From NCBI RefSeq assembly GCF_004010195.1, contig NC_057728.1:46342645-46406644 (forward strand): a stretch of 64,000 nt of DNA, read 5' to 3'. The stretch's first letter is position 1. Each line of letters opens with the position of its first letter. Under the pieces are notes generated by a model, which saw only the letters and a list, made by a program, of their open reading frames with translations, ran no database searches and was not told the origin of the DNA. The stretch is from Chiloscyllium plagiosum. Its lineage: Eukaryota. The position numbers and the translations under genes were made by a program. This document shows, one piece after another, positions 1 to 11,855 of this stretch.

Positions 1-311
1 GGACAGGACGGTGTCAAGGTACGCAGAGATGAGTTCGGTGGGGTAGGAGCAGGCGGAGACAATGGGTCGGCCGGGGCAGTCAGGTTTGTGGATTTTGGGC
101 AGGAGGTAGAAGCGGGAGGTGCGGGGTTGTGGGACTATGAGGTTGGAGGCGGTGGATGGGAGATCCCCCGAGGTGATGAGGTTATGGACGGTCTGGGAGA
201 TGATGGTTTGGTGGTGGGGTCATGGTCAAGGGGGCAGTAGGAGGAGGTATCTGCGAGCTGGCGTTTGGCCTCAGCGGTGTAGAGGTCGGTGCGCCAAACT
301 ACTACCGCGCC
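1..311 (-). mobile_element. Penelope-like element (PLE) reverse transcriptase N-terminal fragment, continues past the window start
   Basis: The minus strand translates GAVVVWRTDLYTAEAKRQLADTSSY...[57 protein letters not shown] is a typical PLE RT N-terminal motif. The stretch is GC/CpG-rich, suggesting a young copy. Confidence 0.85.
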
Positions 312-682
312 TCAGTCTAGACTGTTCTATTCTTCCCTTTTGAGAGAGAGGTTTTATTCACAAAAGAAACCAGGTGATCCTCAGGCAGCCATATTTTATA
401 GCCTTTTATGCCCAACTTTTTGAAAATATTTAATGAGTTTAATTAAGATGTCTCAGTGCTCAGCATGACACAACATAAGATGCTAAACAAATACAGATTT
501 TAACTAAATATAACACATTTTAAGTATTGGCTCTGTTATGGTTACAATCCTCATAATGACTACGTGGAATACAGAGGAATTGTTTTTCTCAGTAGTTATA
601 CTTGCTATCTCCTTCTGAATCAATGGCAAAATGCTTCTGGAAAAAAGGAGACACAAAGATGCATGGGCAAGTGGATGATGTT

Positions 683-809
683 AGATATTAGAGTGTTGCT
701 AGAAAGGCACAGCAGATCAAGCAGCATCCGAGGAGCAGGAAAATTGATGTTTTGGGCGGGAGCCCTTCATCAGGAGCCTTTCACCATCATCTGCAGTCCT
801 CACTTTTGC
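683..809. mobile_element. Short PLE-terminus-derived insert (decayed hammerhead), internally inverted, with 15-bp TSD
   Basis: CAAGTGGATGATGTT occurs at 668-682 and 810-824. The minus strand reads CCTGATGAAGGGCTCCCGCCCAAAACATC, and the 3' tip CATCTGCAGTCCTCACTTT is on the plus strand. Confidence 0.8.
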
Positions 810-814
810 CAAGT

Positions 815-1994
815 GGATGATGTTGTAGGTTTCCTCTAATTTGTTCCGTTTTGTGATAATAAAGGTGTCATTCATGTAGCGGACCCATAGTTTGGGTTGG
901 ATGGTGGGGAGGGCTATTTGTTCAAGTCTCTGCATTACTGCTTGTGGTAAGGAGCCTGATATTGGTGATCCCGTGAGTGTTCCATTGATTTGTTTGTCGG
1001 TCTTGCCATTGACAGCTCTCCCCACCATCCAACCCAAAATTTGGGTCCTCTACATGGATGACACCTTTGGGATCACAAAATGGAACAAATTAGAAGAAAC
1101 CTACAACATCATCAACAGCATCCTTACTGGCATAAAATTCACAAAAGCAGAGGAAAACTATAACAGACTCCCCTTTCTAGATGTCACAGTGGAAGGAACA
1201 GTTGATGGAGAAATGCAGATCAGCATCTACAGGAAAGCACGCACACTGACCAGATCTTTAACTACAGAAGCAAATATGCCAACACCCACAAACAGAGCTG
1301 CATCAGGACATTATTTCGATGAGCACAACACACTGCAGCACCCAGGAACTACAAGCAGCAGAAGAAAAATACCTATACAGTATATTCAAGAAGAATGGGT
1401 ACCCGATAAACACAGTCCGCTGATTCTTAAACAACAAACCCAAAGAAGTAGACACAACACACCCAGCCACCCTGCCATACACCAAAGAGATCTCAGAGAT
1501 GACTATCAGAGTACTCCGACTCCTTGGCATCATGGTAGCCCACAAATCTACCAACACACTGAAACAGCTCCTGATGAACCTAAGAGACTCTATACCAAAA
1601 ATCAGCAAAACAAATGTCATTTACAAAATACCCTGCAAGGACTGTAACAAACACTACGTTGGACAGACAGACAGACAGAAAACTAGCCACCAGGGTACAT
1701 GAACACCAATTAGCCACCAAAAGATGTGACCAGCTATCACTTGTATCCGAAGAAAGACAACACATCCATCCTCAAACAGGCTAAACAGAGAAATGCACGG
1801 GAATTCCTAAAGGCCTAGTATTCAAACTGGAATTCCATCAATAAACACACTGATTTGGACCCCATTTACCAATCTCTTAGAAAAAGAACTGGAAATGATA
1901 TCACCCACCTTAAGAGACTAAGACACATAAATAGAAAGTGGGACAGAATACAAGAGCTTCACCAGAGGCTCACTGATGATGTTACTTAGTATAG
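815..1994 (+). mobile_element. PLE (Poseidon/Penelope-like) RT + GIY-YIG endonuclease remnant with inverted 5' portion
   Basis: PKIWVLYMDDTF (RT catalytic YxDD), LPFLDV and NVIYKIPCKDCNKHYVGQT (GIY-YIG) are present but frameshifted. 815-1010 is the inverted upstream part (GSPISG, WVRYMNDTF on the minus strand). A truncated hammerhead start CTCACTGATGATGTTAC lies at ~1969. Confidence 0.9.
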
Positions 1995-2513
1995 ATCTGA
2001 TGTACACACAGTGGACAGTGCGACTCTTTGGCAAATATTGCAATTGATCATTTTCTTATCTAATGAGGTGAAAACACTAATTAACACTACTCCCTAATCA
2101 CAAAAGATAAACCATTGATCAAGAGTATTGATTCAAATGTTGACCTGATGTAAATAAATGTTACTGAAGGACAGGCAAAGGGTTTGGACTTAGCAACAGC
2201 ATAAAACAGCATTTAACTCGACCAGTTTGTAATCAAAATAATCTCCTCATAATGTGAGTTCTACTCATTGTAGATGTAGGTGTGGTGGTTGAATATATTC
2301 AACTTCTTTCACCTAAAGGGCACTTCCTTCCAAGAGTGATAATGTTCATATGGATAGGCAAACATCAGATAAATGTGTCAATGCAGCAAATGTTTTCCAG
2401 GTGAAAGATGATTTCCAGTTTCACATTACCACCTAAACTGTCATTGAACGTGAAAATTAAATTACACATGAAAGATCTTGATTGTCTTAAGTATGATGAA
2501 GTGTTTTAAAATC

Positions 2514-2725
2514 CAGGCCACCCATCAACTGGAGGAAGAACACCTTATCTTCCACCTTAGGACCCTCCAACCACACAGCATCAATGTCGACTTCACAGTT
2601 TCCTTATCTCTCCTCTCCCCAGCTCAACCCAGATCCAACTCTTGAACTCTTGAACTGCCCTTCCTGTCCATCTTCCTTCCCACCTATCCGTTCCAACCTC
2701 CCCTCTGACCTATCATTATCACCCT
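2514..2725 (+). mobile_element. PLE endonuclease C-terminus and C-rich 3' UTR fragment
   Basis: Translates QATHQLEEEHLIFHLGTLQPHSINVDF, which resembles the PLE ORF end (LxTLxPxGxN). A pyrimidine-rich UTR follows. Confidence 0.75.
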
Positions 2726-3404
2726 CAGTCTCCCCCACTCAGTTAGTCTCTCACTAGGACAAGCTAGTTTGACACCTTGCAAGATCTACTCAAATTGAAT
2801 CCTGTGACACAATCTGAAACTGTGCGGGTTCTGCCAATTGATAAGTAGATGGTGGCTCTCTGACTCAGAATCTCCTGATACTGAAGGACAATGAGGACTA
2901 TCAATGGCCATTTGCTATTGTGGAAGGACGTCAGGACTCTGGAAAAACTCTGCAACATTATCATGTACCTGCACATCACTGAGTATAAATAGCAAATTGT
3001 GACTGGAGTTGGATACTCTGGGAATCTATTTTAGACAAGACCACAACAGACTATGAGTCTGGACTGAAGAACTCACGTGAGAACATGGACATGAACACAT
3101 GAAGTGGATAGTTTTGTCCTCGAATCCCTTATTACCATGCACAGCAATATTTAGTGTTGATGTACAATAAATTGTCTTTGATGTCCGAGCCTGAAGATAA
3201 CACTTGATTTTGTCCTTCTCCTCAACCAGTCTGTCTCAAACCCGAGATTATTGTGTGGCATCAAGCCACATTAAAAAAAAACAATTTAGCTGTTAAATGG
3301 CTCCAGGGCTACCAATGTTTCCCTCAGTGGGCTCTCCCCTGACATTTTCACCAGAGGCAGGGGTACGGGCATGCACAACCTGGGACATCATATAAATCAG
3401 CAAA

Positions 3405-3925
3405 TGTCTTTATTCTCGTATAGTACCTTTCACAATCTCAGCACATCCGAAGCACTTTACATATATCTGAAATAATGATAAAGTCTTTAAAATACTCCCA
3501 GCAGGTCAGGAAACTTCTGAGCAAAGAGATGCAAAATTGACGTATCAAGATGGTGACTTACTGTCACAAATGGAGAAAACTCAGAGACATAGCAGGTTTT
3601 AAATAAGTACAGTGTCAGGGAAAAAGGTAGGAGCACAAAGCACTAAAATAAGATCTCTGAGATACGACAGAGAGCAGGAGGGATTAAAGGACATAAGGTA
3701 CACTGATACAAGGGAAAAGTGATGAAAGGAACAAAAGATCGGTCCCAGTTGTAATGGCAGAGATGGGACAGCAAATGTGCACACAACAAGTTCCCAAATA
3801 CAAAAATGTGATCATGCCAAGAAATCAGTTTTGGTGATTGACGGATAACTGTTGACTAAGGCCTAAAGCCTTCTCTTTTTCAGAAACACTATGTGATCTT
3901 TATTTCCACCTAAGAGGCAGATGCT
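3405..3925 (-). mobile_element. Degraded Deu-domain SINE pieces, interrupted by other repeat sequence
   Basis: TATAGTACCTTTCACAATCTCAG...CACTTTAC and GTGATCTTTATTTCCACCTAAGAGGCAGA resemble the better-preserved copy at 55905-56280. Confidence 0.4.
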
Positions 3926-3942
3926 ATTACACACAACTCATT

Positions 3943-4260
3943 GTTAGCCACTAACAGTCCCTATTAACAGCTATTCACTCTCCTAGCCAGATCGGTATAC
4001 ACTCCTTTGTCTGTCCAGCCGTTCTTTTCTCTCTTCAGGTTCTATCTCCTTCACTTACTTCTTGCCACCTCCCCAAACCCTATCTTCTGCACATAAACTG
4101 AAATTTTTCTAGCTACCATCAATTCTGAGGAAGGGTTGCTAGACCTGGAGCATTAACTCTGATTTCTCTCCATAGATGCTGCCAGAGCTGCTGAACTTTT
4201 ACAACAATTTCTGTTTTTTGTTTCTGACTTACAGCATCCACAGTTTTATCAGTTTTTATT
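3943..4260 (+). mobile_element. PLE 3' terminus with decayed hammerhead (CTGAGGAAGGGT family)
   Basis: TTCTGAGGAAGGGTTGCTAGACCTGGAGCATTAACTCTG...CAGCATCCACAGTT is homologous to the copies at 8652-8776, 11724-11855, 40569-40788 and 42740-42895. Confidence 0.7.
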
Positions 4261-5297
4261 AGGCCATACTAAGAGTTGTGTTAAAGCTTAATCTTTTGAA
4301 TTAAAAAAATGTTACTTCAAATCATTGTCCGCCATTTAGAGTGGGTACATCAGAGCCCATGCAATTTGCAGAATGTATGTGGTGGATACCATGTCTGATA
4401 TAAGTAAAGAGAAATTGGTTGAGTGAAACCATAAGATACTCTGCTGGGGGTGTGAGACTATAAGATGTCCTGCCCCAGCCCACACAATAGTAAGCATTTA
4501 ATATGTTGGCAAGAAAACACAACATGACTTTTGATGGATCTGGAAGACAAGGGCTGCTATTACATGAATGCAGATTGTTCAATTACAATCAGAATAAAAG
4601 TTAAACCTGATAATAAACAGAGTCAGGAATTTAAGATGGAGAATAAGCAGACAAAACTATTTTAATATACTCACAACTTCATTTTTATGCAATCCCCAAG
4701 TTTTGAAGTTTGGAAAGTATCCTGCAGCCTTAAAGATGACTGAAAACTGAACTGAAAAATCAAAACGAATAAAATGACAAGGGAGTGAAGAAAAAAAGTC
4801 ATTCTTGAGCAATTGCCTGTTTTCTTTTGTAACTGTAAATAAACCACAAGCAATGTTGTTCCTTATCACAATGCTTTATAGGGACTAATTACTGGTCATG
4901 TCGAGCTTGTACTATTTGTTGAGGAAGGCAAGACTTGCCTGAATTAAAGCTGCTAGAATTTAATCTTCCATTCCTCTGGTAGCCTTTTGGAAAAATTTAA
5001 AACAAAGATCTCAAATCTTCACAGGATTTGAGGGAAAGTCATTAACACTGAAAATTTACAGTGCCACTTAAATCCGAATGCAGTATTATTGCTCCTTATC
5101 CTCTTCCTTATTGATCATCCCTTTATTTGATTGTTTAACTAACTTAGGTACTTCTTGGTAGTAACTGATACAATGTAGGTAAAAATATTCATTATGGAAA
5201 ACACTGCCTGAAGGGGCTTGGAAATTTGCAGAATGTTAATTCTTCTGGCGGTTTCTAATAGGAATCTAATTCAAAATAAGTGGGTTAATTTTGAGAT

Positions 5298-5410
5298 TTT
5301 CTAATCAACCTGTTCAGATATGTTATTACACATTTCAGAAGCAGGTGGGACTTGGACTTGGGCCTCCTGGTCCAGAGAAAGGGATACTAACATTGCACCA
5401 CAAGGGCCCT
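5298..5410 (-). mobile_element. Short tRNA-derived SINE
   Basis: The reverse complement has tRNA-like A/B boxes (GTGGTGCAATGTTAGT...GTCCAAGTCCC). Homologues occur at 5836-5908(+), ~25480-25550(-) and 60155-60270(-). Confidence 0.7.
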
Positions 5411-5835
5411 CACAGTGTCCACTATATACATTGTTCACTCTACATGGTGAATATTGCAATGAAATTGGTTTCCGCCAATAGTGTCAAATCAGCTCATTTT
5501 GTATCATTTTCTTTTCCATTGAAGACAATCAAAGAATTTTGGGTTAATTGGTATTGACTTGTCATGACCATGTTTCATTCTACTGGTGGATCGTGAGTCC
5601 ACTGAGTCATATTTATTTAAGTATAACTTTTCTCATTGCACTACATATTCTTAAAGAGAAATCTGGGAGAGAAGGAAAGATTCTAATTAGTTTTCCTTAA
5701 GTTTAAATTAAGTCTTAATCCTCACTTAATTTCTAAGCAAATGGGTTACAATGACAAGGAAATGCACCCTCAATGTAATCTGTACAGATCTATATCTTTA
5801 ATAAGAAAAGACTTATTTTCTCACTTAACGTTAAT

Positions 5836-5908
5836 CTTGTGGTACTGCAGTAGTATCCCAATCTTTGAGTCAGGAGACCTGAGTTCAAGTCCCACCTGTT
5901 TCAGAGGT
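5836..5908 (+). mobile_element. Short tRNA-derived SINE, split by a CR1 insertion (3' remainder ~6410-6435)
   Basis: TCTTGTGGTACTGCAGTAGTATCCC...GAGTTCAAGTCCCACCTGTTTCAGAGGT. The tail TGAGCAGGCTGATTAAAA resumes after the CR1. Confidence 0.65.
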
Positions 5909-6408
5909 CATAGAGTCATAGAATCATAGTGATGGAGACAGACTTTTCAGTTCAACTCACCCAAGCCAGCCAGGTATTCTAAATTAATTTAGCACCATTT
6001 GCCAGCACTTGGTCCATATTCCCTCTAAGCCCTTCCTATTCATATATTTGATTGTTTAACTAACTTAGGTACTTCTTGGTAGAAACTGATACAATGTAGG
6101 TAAAAATATTCATTATGGAAAACTCTGCCTGAAGGGGCTTGGAAATTTGCGGAATGTTAATTCTTCTGGCAGTCTCTAATAGGAATCTAATTCAAAATAA
6201 GTGGGTTAATTATGTAGATTTTCTAATCAACCTGTTCAGATATGTTATTACACATCCAGATCCCTTTTAAAATTTGTAATTGTACCAGCCTCCACAACTT
6301 TCTCTGGCCAGCTCATTCCATATACTCACCACCCTCTGTATGAAAAAGTTGCCCCTCAGGTCCCTTTTAAATCTTTCCCCTCTCACCCCAAACCTATGCC
6401 CTCTAGTT
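5909..6408 (-). mobile_element. CR1/HER1-like LINE 3' end, carrying a templated insertion
   Basis: (CATAGAGT)n tail at 5909-5928 and typical ORF2 C-terminal sequence (CTCATTCCATATACTCACCACCCTCTG). Confidence 0.85.
6045..6255 (+). repeat. ~210-bp near-identical direct copy of 5124-5333
   Basis: Both copies run TATTTGATTGTTTAACTAACTTAGG...GATATGTTATTACACAT with only a few substitutions. Confidence 0.95.
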
Positions 6409-8589
6409 CGCAGCACTGAGCAGGCTGATTAAAAAATAGTTTTGTTTTGCCCTATAGAAATTCTTGACTAGCATATCAGGTCTGCCTCTAAGACATTGAA
6501 TAAGAGGCATTCAGAGTTAGACAATGGCTCAAGTACTCAAGAAATACTGAAAAATGTGTTTTATTTTGTTTAGAAATACCAACATTCAGAGAAATTAAGC
6601 AAGCACAACGATGAAAAATAATTGCATCTCTGCTTTTAACCTTACCGTTTTACAAGAAAGGACTAAGTACAGTTGCAAAGCTTTCTAAATATGAGCATGA
6701 AGGTCTAATGCCCAGCATTGACGTCTATTACTCAGTTTTCATTTGTTAATCAGAAAGACAATCATATTAGTGGGGAAAATGTTAAACCATACCTGAATAC
6801 TGACCTACATAAATGATAAGGCAGCAAAATTTTGGATTCTCAAAGACCATTTTAATTTGTTTATGGGATGGGAGTATCGATGGCAATTTATCGCTGATCA
6901 CTCATTCACTTTGAGGAGCTGGTGGTGAATGACTTTCTCGAAGCCTGGTGCACCCACGGTGTTGTTAGGGAGGATGTTGTAGCATTTTGACACAGCAACA
7001 ATGATGGAATGACAATGTAAATAGATTTTCACAATGATAATGAGCCAGTATATTGTGGTAAAAATGGCAGGCGTGGCCAAAAGTCATAAGTATTACCCTC
7101 AAACACAACATTTTCACAGGAGATAGAATTTCACGTGGGTTATGTTCCACACATGCTCATTTTAACTGAGATAGAAATAGTTGGCCATTAAATTAGCAGC
7201 TCCTGAAGTGGAGTTTTGATAGCCTTGGAATATGAAACACTATGTGTTTATGCAAGTGGCCATTAAAGTGAGCTGTTAAAGGGGCTTGTCAAAGGAATCA
7301 AGAGAAACTATCAAAAATATCAAAAACATTTGTCAGAAGCACCTGTCATACGAGTTGTTAATCTGTAAATATATTTAAAAGCCTGGCCCTTTAAAAATTT
7401 GATTAAAAAGTCTCGAGTGTTAAAAAGACATTACAGTCTGTTGACATCATCCTGAACAATTTGACTACTAGATTAGTCTTGCATGATTGAGTTAATAGCC
7501 ATCTAATATCACAGTAGGGTGCCTGTCAGTTCACACTTTGATTGACAGTTCCAAGTAGTTGTAGGCACTTGGATCTGGATTGTGAATTTTAAAACATGTT
7601 GTTATAAAGAATTGCACACTCTGTTGCATTCAGGAAATATTATAAAGTTTTTTTTTATGAATAAGGATGCATATTTTTCAATATCATGAAGTCTACAATA
7701 GATACTTGAACTTTATTCTATAGAAATATATTTAACTTCATCTCTGCATGAGCCCTAAAGTCTGGCTTTGGTAGATATTAGAAGAATTGATACTGTAGGT
7801 GTAAGGATAACAGGTGATATGAGAGGTCTAGGTTTTCATGGGATGGTGCTAAATTGGCACAGAGGTAATTTGGGACATAATTAGGCATTGGGAGTAAGGG
7901 TGATCATAGGTTAGGCAAAGATGCATAGGAGCTATAAAGGGACATAACGAGTGAGTGGAGAGGCATAAGTTGGCATGGAAGGTATGAGGAGCCATCAGGT
8001 CTTCTGGGGGAGGCAGGGGTGGAGGAGAGGGCAAGAGGTGGAATGGATTGGCAGAGATGGGACATGAGAGCATGTGGGAGTGGAATGGTGGTGTGCATGA
8101 GGATTTGAGGGATTTTTCATGCCTTAATCCTTATTTTGAAACTTCTGACTCAATGCCAGATCCCTGAGGCAGACATATTACATCACACCTTCACAGCTGG
8201 CTGCCTTATACATTCTTCTGGGGTCACCTTCTCCAACTTCTGATTTAAACCTGCCAATAAATTCACATCTGGGCAGCCACTTTTAAAGATCAGATTTGGG
8301 AAGCTGAAAGTCCTTCCATTTCTGCACATTTGGCCCAGGAAAGAAAAGCCAAGTTTATATTCCCAGATCAAGATGATGTGTGACTTGGAAAGGAATTCAC
8401 AAGTGATGATGGTCCCATGTGCTCGTGCAGTTAAATGACTTTGAAAGCTAATCACTTTGTGGTTTGTGAAGAAAGCTAAGTTATTGAATCAACGGAAGGA
8501 TTGAATACTTCTCCTGTTTGTCTAATGTGAGTATCGGACGTTTTGCAGGTCATTGATTTAGATAATTATATCAAGCAAAACCTTTAAAT

Positions 8590-10730
8590 ACATAGGATTG
8601 CCTACAATGGCACAGAAACATGTCATTTGGACTAACCAGGACATGCCATTCAAATAAAAACAAAGGACTGCAGATGCTGGAAATCAGAAACAAAAATAGA
8701 AATTAAAGGAAAAACTCAACAGGTCTGTGAGCATCTGCAGAGAGAAAGCAGAGTTAATGTTTCAGGTCCAGTGACACTTTTTTTTGTTTCAATACATGCA
8801 ATTGTTTAACTCAACCTCCTCACAATTCTTCTCATCTGAATCTATTATTGCCACCCTCCACGCCTTTTACCTTAACTGCATATGCAGTTTCTCCTTCTAC
8901 TATTCATTGCAAACACCCCCAGGGTTGTGCATTTCACATTTTTGCCATTCTTTGGGTTAAAAAGTTTGCTTTCAATTCCTTGTTGGATTTCTGGGTATCA
9001 ATCTTACAGTAATGGCCTCCCGTTACACCCTTTCCCACAACAGAAATGTTCTCTCTCTGTCTACGCTATTAAAACCTTTCAGAATTTTAAAGATCTCTTT
9101 TAGGTCATCCCTCAGTCTTCTTGATATGTATGCCCATGCATGTCTGCTATTAATCCTGGAAATAATTTCTGAATCTCCTCTGGTGTCTGCATGTCCTTCC
9201 TAGTTCTCATGAATAGATTTGCACGCAGCATGTTGAGTGTGAGCTAGGGAAGATTTGAATAAGGCTTAGCACAACTTGACTACTTTTCCATTCCATCCCT
9301 CTTGAAATAAAGCTTCAATCTCAGTCTTCTCTTTTTTTTGTTTGGATTGGCTAACCTGTGGTACCAGTTTTAGTGATTAGTGTATTTCTTACCCAATATC
9401 CCTTTGTCCTCTGTCTCCATCAGACTTGCACTTTACAAGTAACAAATGAACTCCTATTCATTCTACCAAAAGGCACTACTTCACATTTATGCATATCAAT
9501 ACGTTGTATACATTTATTAACATCATCTTGTAATTTGTTGCAGTCGCCTTCAAAGTTGATTATCCCCTACAATTTGGCATCATCTATAAATTTATACATT
9601 TTTTTGATTCCAAAATCCAAATCATAAATCTAAACTGTGAAAGCAGTTGTTCTAGCACTTATCCATGCACATTACTACTTACTACACTCTGCCAAAGTGT
9701 TTAACTCCCACTGTTAACTTTCTGTCTTCAAGCAATAAGCAATCCATTTCTTCAGTTTCCCCTGGTTCCAAATGCTCTAATCTTATTTACTGAAAACTGA
9801 CTTGAAGGAATTCTGAAAATCCAGTTAATGCACCAGCATTGTCCACTCTATTACTTCCTCAGATATAATGTATTGTCGGTCAAGTAAGATTTTCTGTTTT
9901 GCTATCTATATTGACTCTTCATTATTACATTTTAATTTCTAGATTTACTTCTATTCTCTCCAAAAGAGATTACATCATTTTTCCTGCCATCAAGGCTAAG
10001 ATGAGTGGTCTATAATTCCATAGACATGTCCTTTGTCTTCTTAAATACTAGAATTACCTTAACAGGTCATTAGTCCTTTGACACTATACCTTTTCTTCAT
10101 TAAACATTAAATCATGTGAAAATACAGCTGTGGTTTCTCCCCTAGATTCTTTAAAAATGCAGTGATACAATCCCTCCAGACTCGGCCAAATGGCCTCTTC
10201 CCACGCTGTAGGAAATCTAATCTCATCCTTTTTGACTTGGTTTTGTGCATTCAATACATCCCATTTTTATTTAAAATGTATGTATCTCATTGTTCATCGA
10301 TATTCTGTGCAACTATTTTTCTGATAAATATTGAAGATGAAAGCTATTTAATAGTTCATCCAATAGTTCATTTTATCATTATTTATTGTCTTCTTGTGTC
10401 TATCAGTCAAACTGTCCTGTTTCCATCACAGCTTTCCTTTCTATTGATGTGCCTGTAAAATATTTTACTGGCTTGTTTTAATGTTCCTCGATAATTTAAT
10501 TTCATGGTTCCTCTTTGCCTTCCTAATTGCTTTCTTTTAACTTCAATCTTAATCACTTTTTATTCTCTCTGATATCACATTCCTCTGTTGTCTCTGTGCT
10601 TAATTTATGCTTCTTTCCTATCATTTAATTTTTCCCTTACATCTTTATTGCTCTTTGGACTCTCAACAGTACTTAGTTTGTTCTTTACATTTCATGGAAT
10701 ATATGATTAATCACAAATTTAAATATTTCC
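8590..10730 (-). mobile_element. Old, highly decayed CR1-type LINE
   Basis: A CR1-like 3' end lies near 8590-8650, followed by colinear but degenerate RT-domain sequence (e.g. TTTGGCATCATCTATAAA, the antisense of the FADDxK motif). It is interrupted by a PLE end. Confidence 0.6.
8652..8776 (-). mobile_element. PLE 3' terminus fragment (partial hammerhead)
   Basis: AAAAACAAAGGACTGCAGATGCTGGAAATCAGAAACAAAA...GAGTTAATGTTTCAGGTCCAGTGAC. Confidence 0.7.
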
Positions 10731-10845
10731 CATTGTTGCTCATTTTCTTTTCCACACATCCTGTCTGATACGGTTTTGTCATTGCAAAATCCAAGAAAAA
10801 TATTAAGACCAACACCTGGAATTCTTCATTGTGTTAAGTGACCTG

Positions 10846-10950
10846 GGGAGGTGATGGTATTAATTGCTGGACTGTTAAACTAGAGACCCCGATAATATTC
10901 CAGGGAATTGCATCCCATTATGGAAGATGTTGGAATTTGAATTCAATAAC
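10846..10950 (+). mobile_element. tRNA-derived SINE head (related degraded copy ~11290-11390)
   Basis: GGGGAGGTGATGGTATTAATTGCTGGACTGTTAA...GCATCCCATTATGGAAGATGTTGGAATTTGAATTCAATAA. Confidence 0.5.
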
Positions 10951-11723
10951 TTACAAAATGTTGCAAAAGCATTCTGAAATTTCTCTTCAAGTAGAGCAGC
11001 ATCGACATTAATAACTGGGAGTTAATTGCTGCTAATTCTTCAAAATGCAATAAACAACTTGTCCTTCAAATTGCATCATGCTATGAGTCCGAGCAGCTTA
11101 ATCTTAAAGGAAGACTAGTGACAAGGAAGGAAAGGAAAAGAATCAGGTCCCAACCATGTGATGTAACATCTTTGGTGTACCCAAAGATCTGCAAGTTGAG
11201 AAGAAGCCTGTTCAGTCTCATGAGGACCTGTTGCAGAAGCATACAATCTAAGCAGGCATCAGTCTTAGATTGAGGGATTGCCAACAGTAACGCTATTGAA
11301 CTAGCTAAACTAGGGGCCCAGGCTAATGGTCTAGCAACATGTATTCAAATCCCTCCATGGCAACTCGTGCAATTTAAATTCAATAAGTTAATCTTCAATT
11401 ATTGTAAATTACTTAACTAGTCATATGATTGATTATTTATCTACATGGATTCTACTTTCTTGTCTTTCTGATAGCTATATTCTTTATTCCTGCTGCCATT
11501 ACATGTAGTTACTAAGTACTGCGACTCCACATCCAGTTTTTTCCATTCCACTTTTTCTAAATATGTTATGCAATCTTTAATTCCCAGTCCTCGTTTTTCT
11601 GTAGTCAGGTCTTAGAAATCCCTACTATATCAGGTACCTCCCATTGCATGATTGGAAAGACTGAAATATGTCAGAGGCTTCATTTGCTCATTACAGTTAC
11701 ACCATTGATTTTATTTGTAAAAT

Positions 11724-11855
11724 TTAAAAGAACTGCTGCAAATCAGAAACAAAACCAGTAAAAAGCTGGAAAAACTCATCATGTCTGGCAATACCTTCCA
11801 CAGATGCTGCCAGACCTGCTGAGCTTTTCCAACAAATCTGTTGATTTTGTTTGTG
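11724..11855. mobile_element. Fold-back PLE terminal remnant
   Basis: AAAGCTGGAAAAACTCATCATGTCTGGCA and TGCCAGACCTGCTGAGCTTTTCCAACAA are inverted copies of the same terminus. Confidence 0.6.

Noticed and set aside
892..1647. 251-aa ORF as a host gene
   Set aside because: It is a chimera of the antisense inverted arm plus a PLE RT fragment that runs out of frame after ISIYRK.
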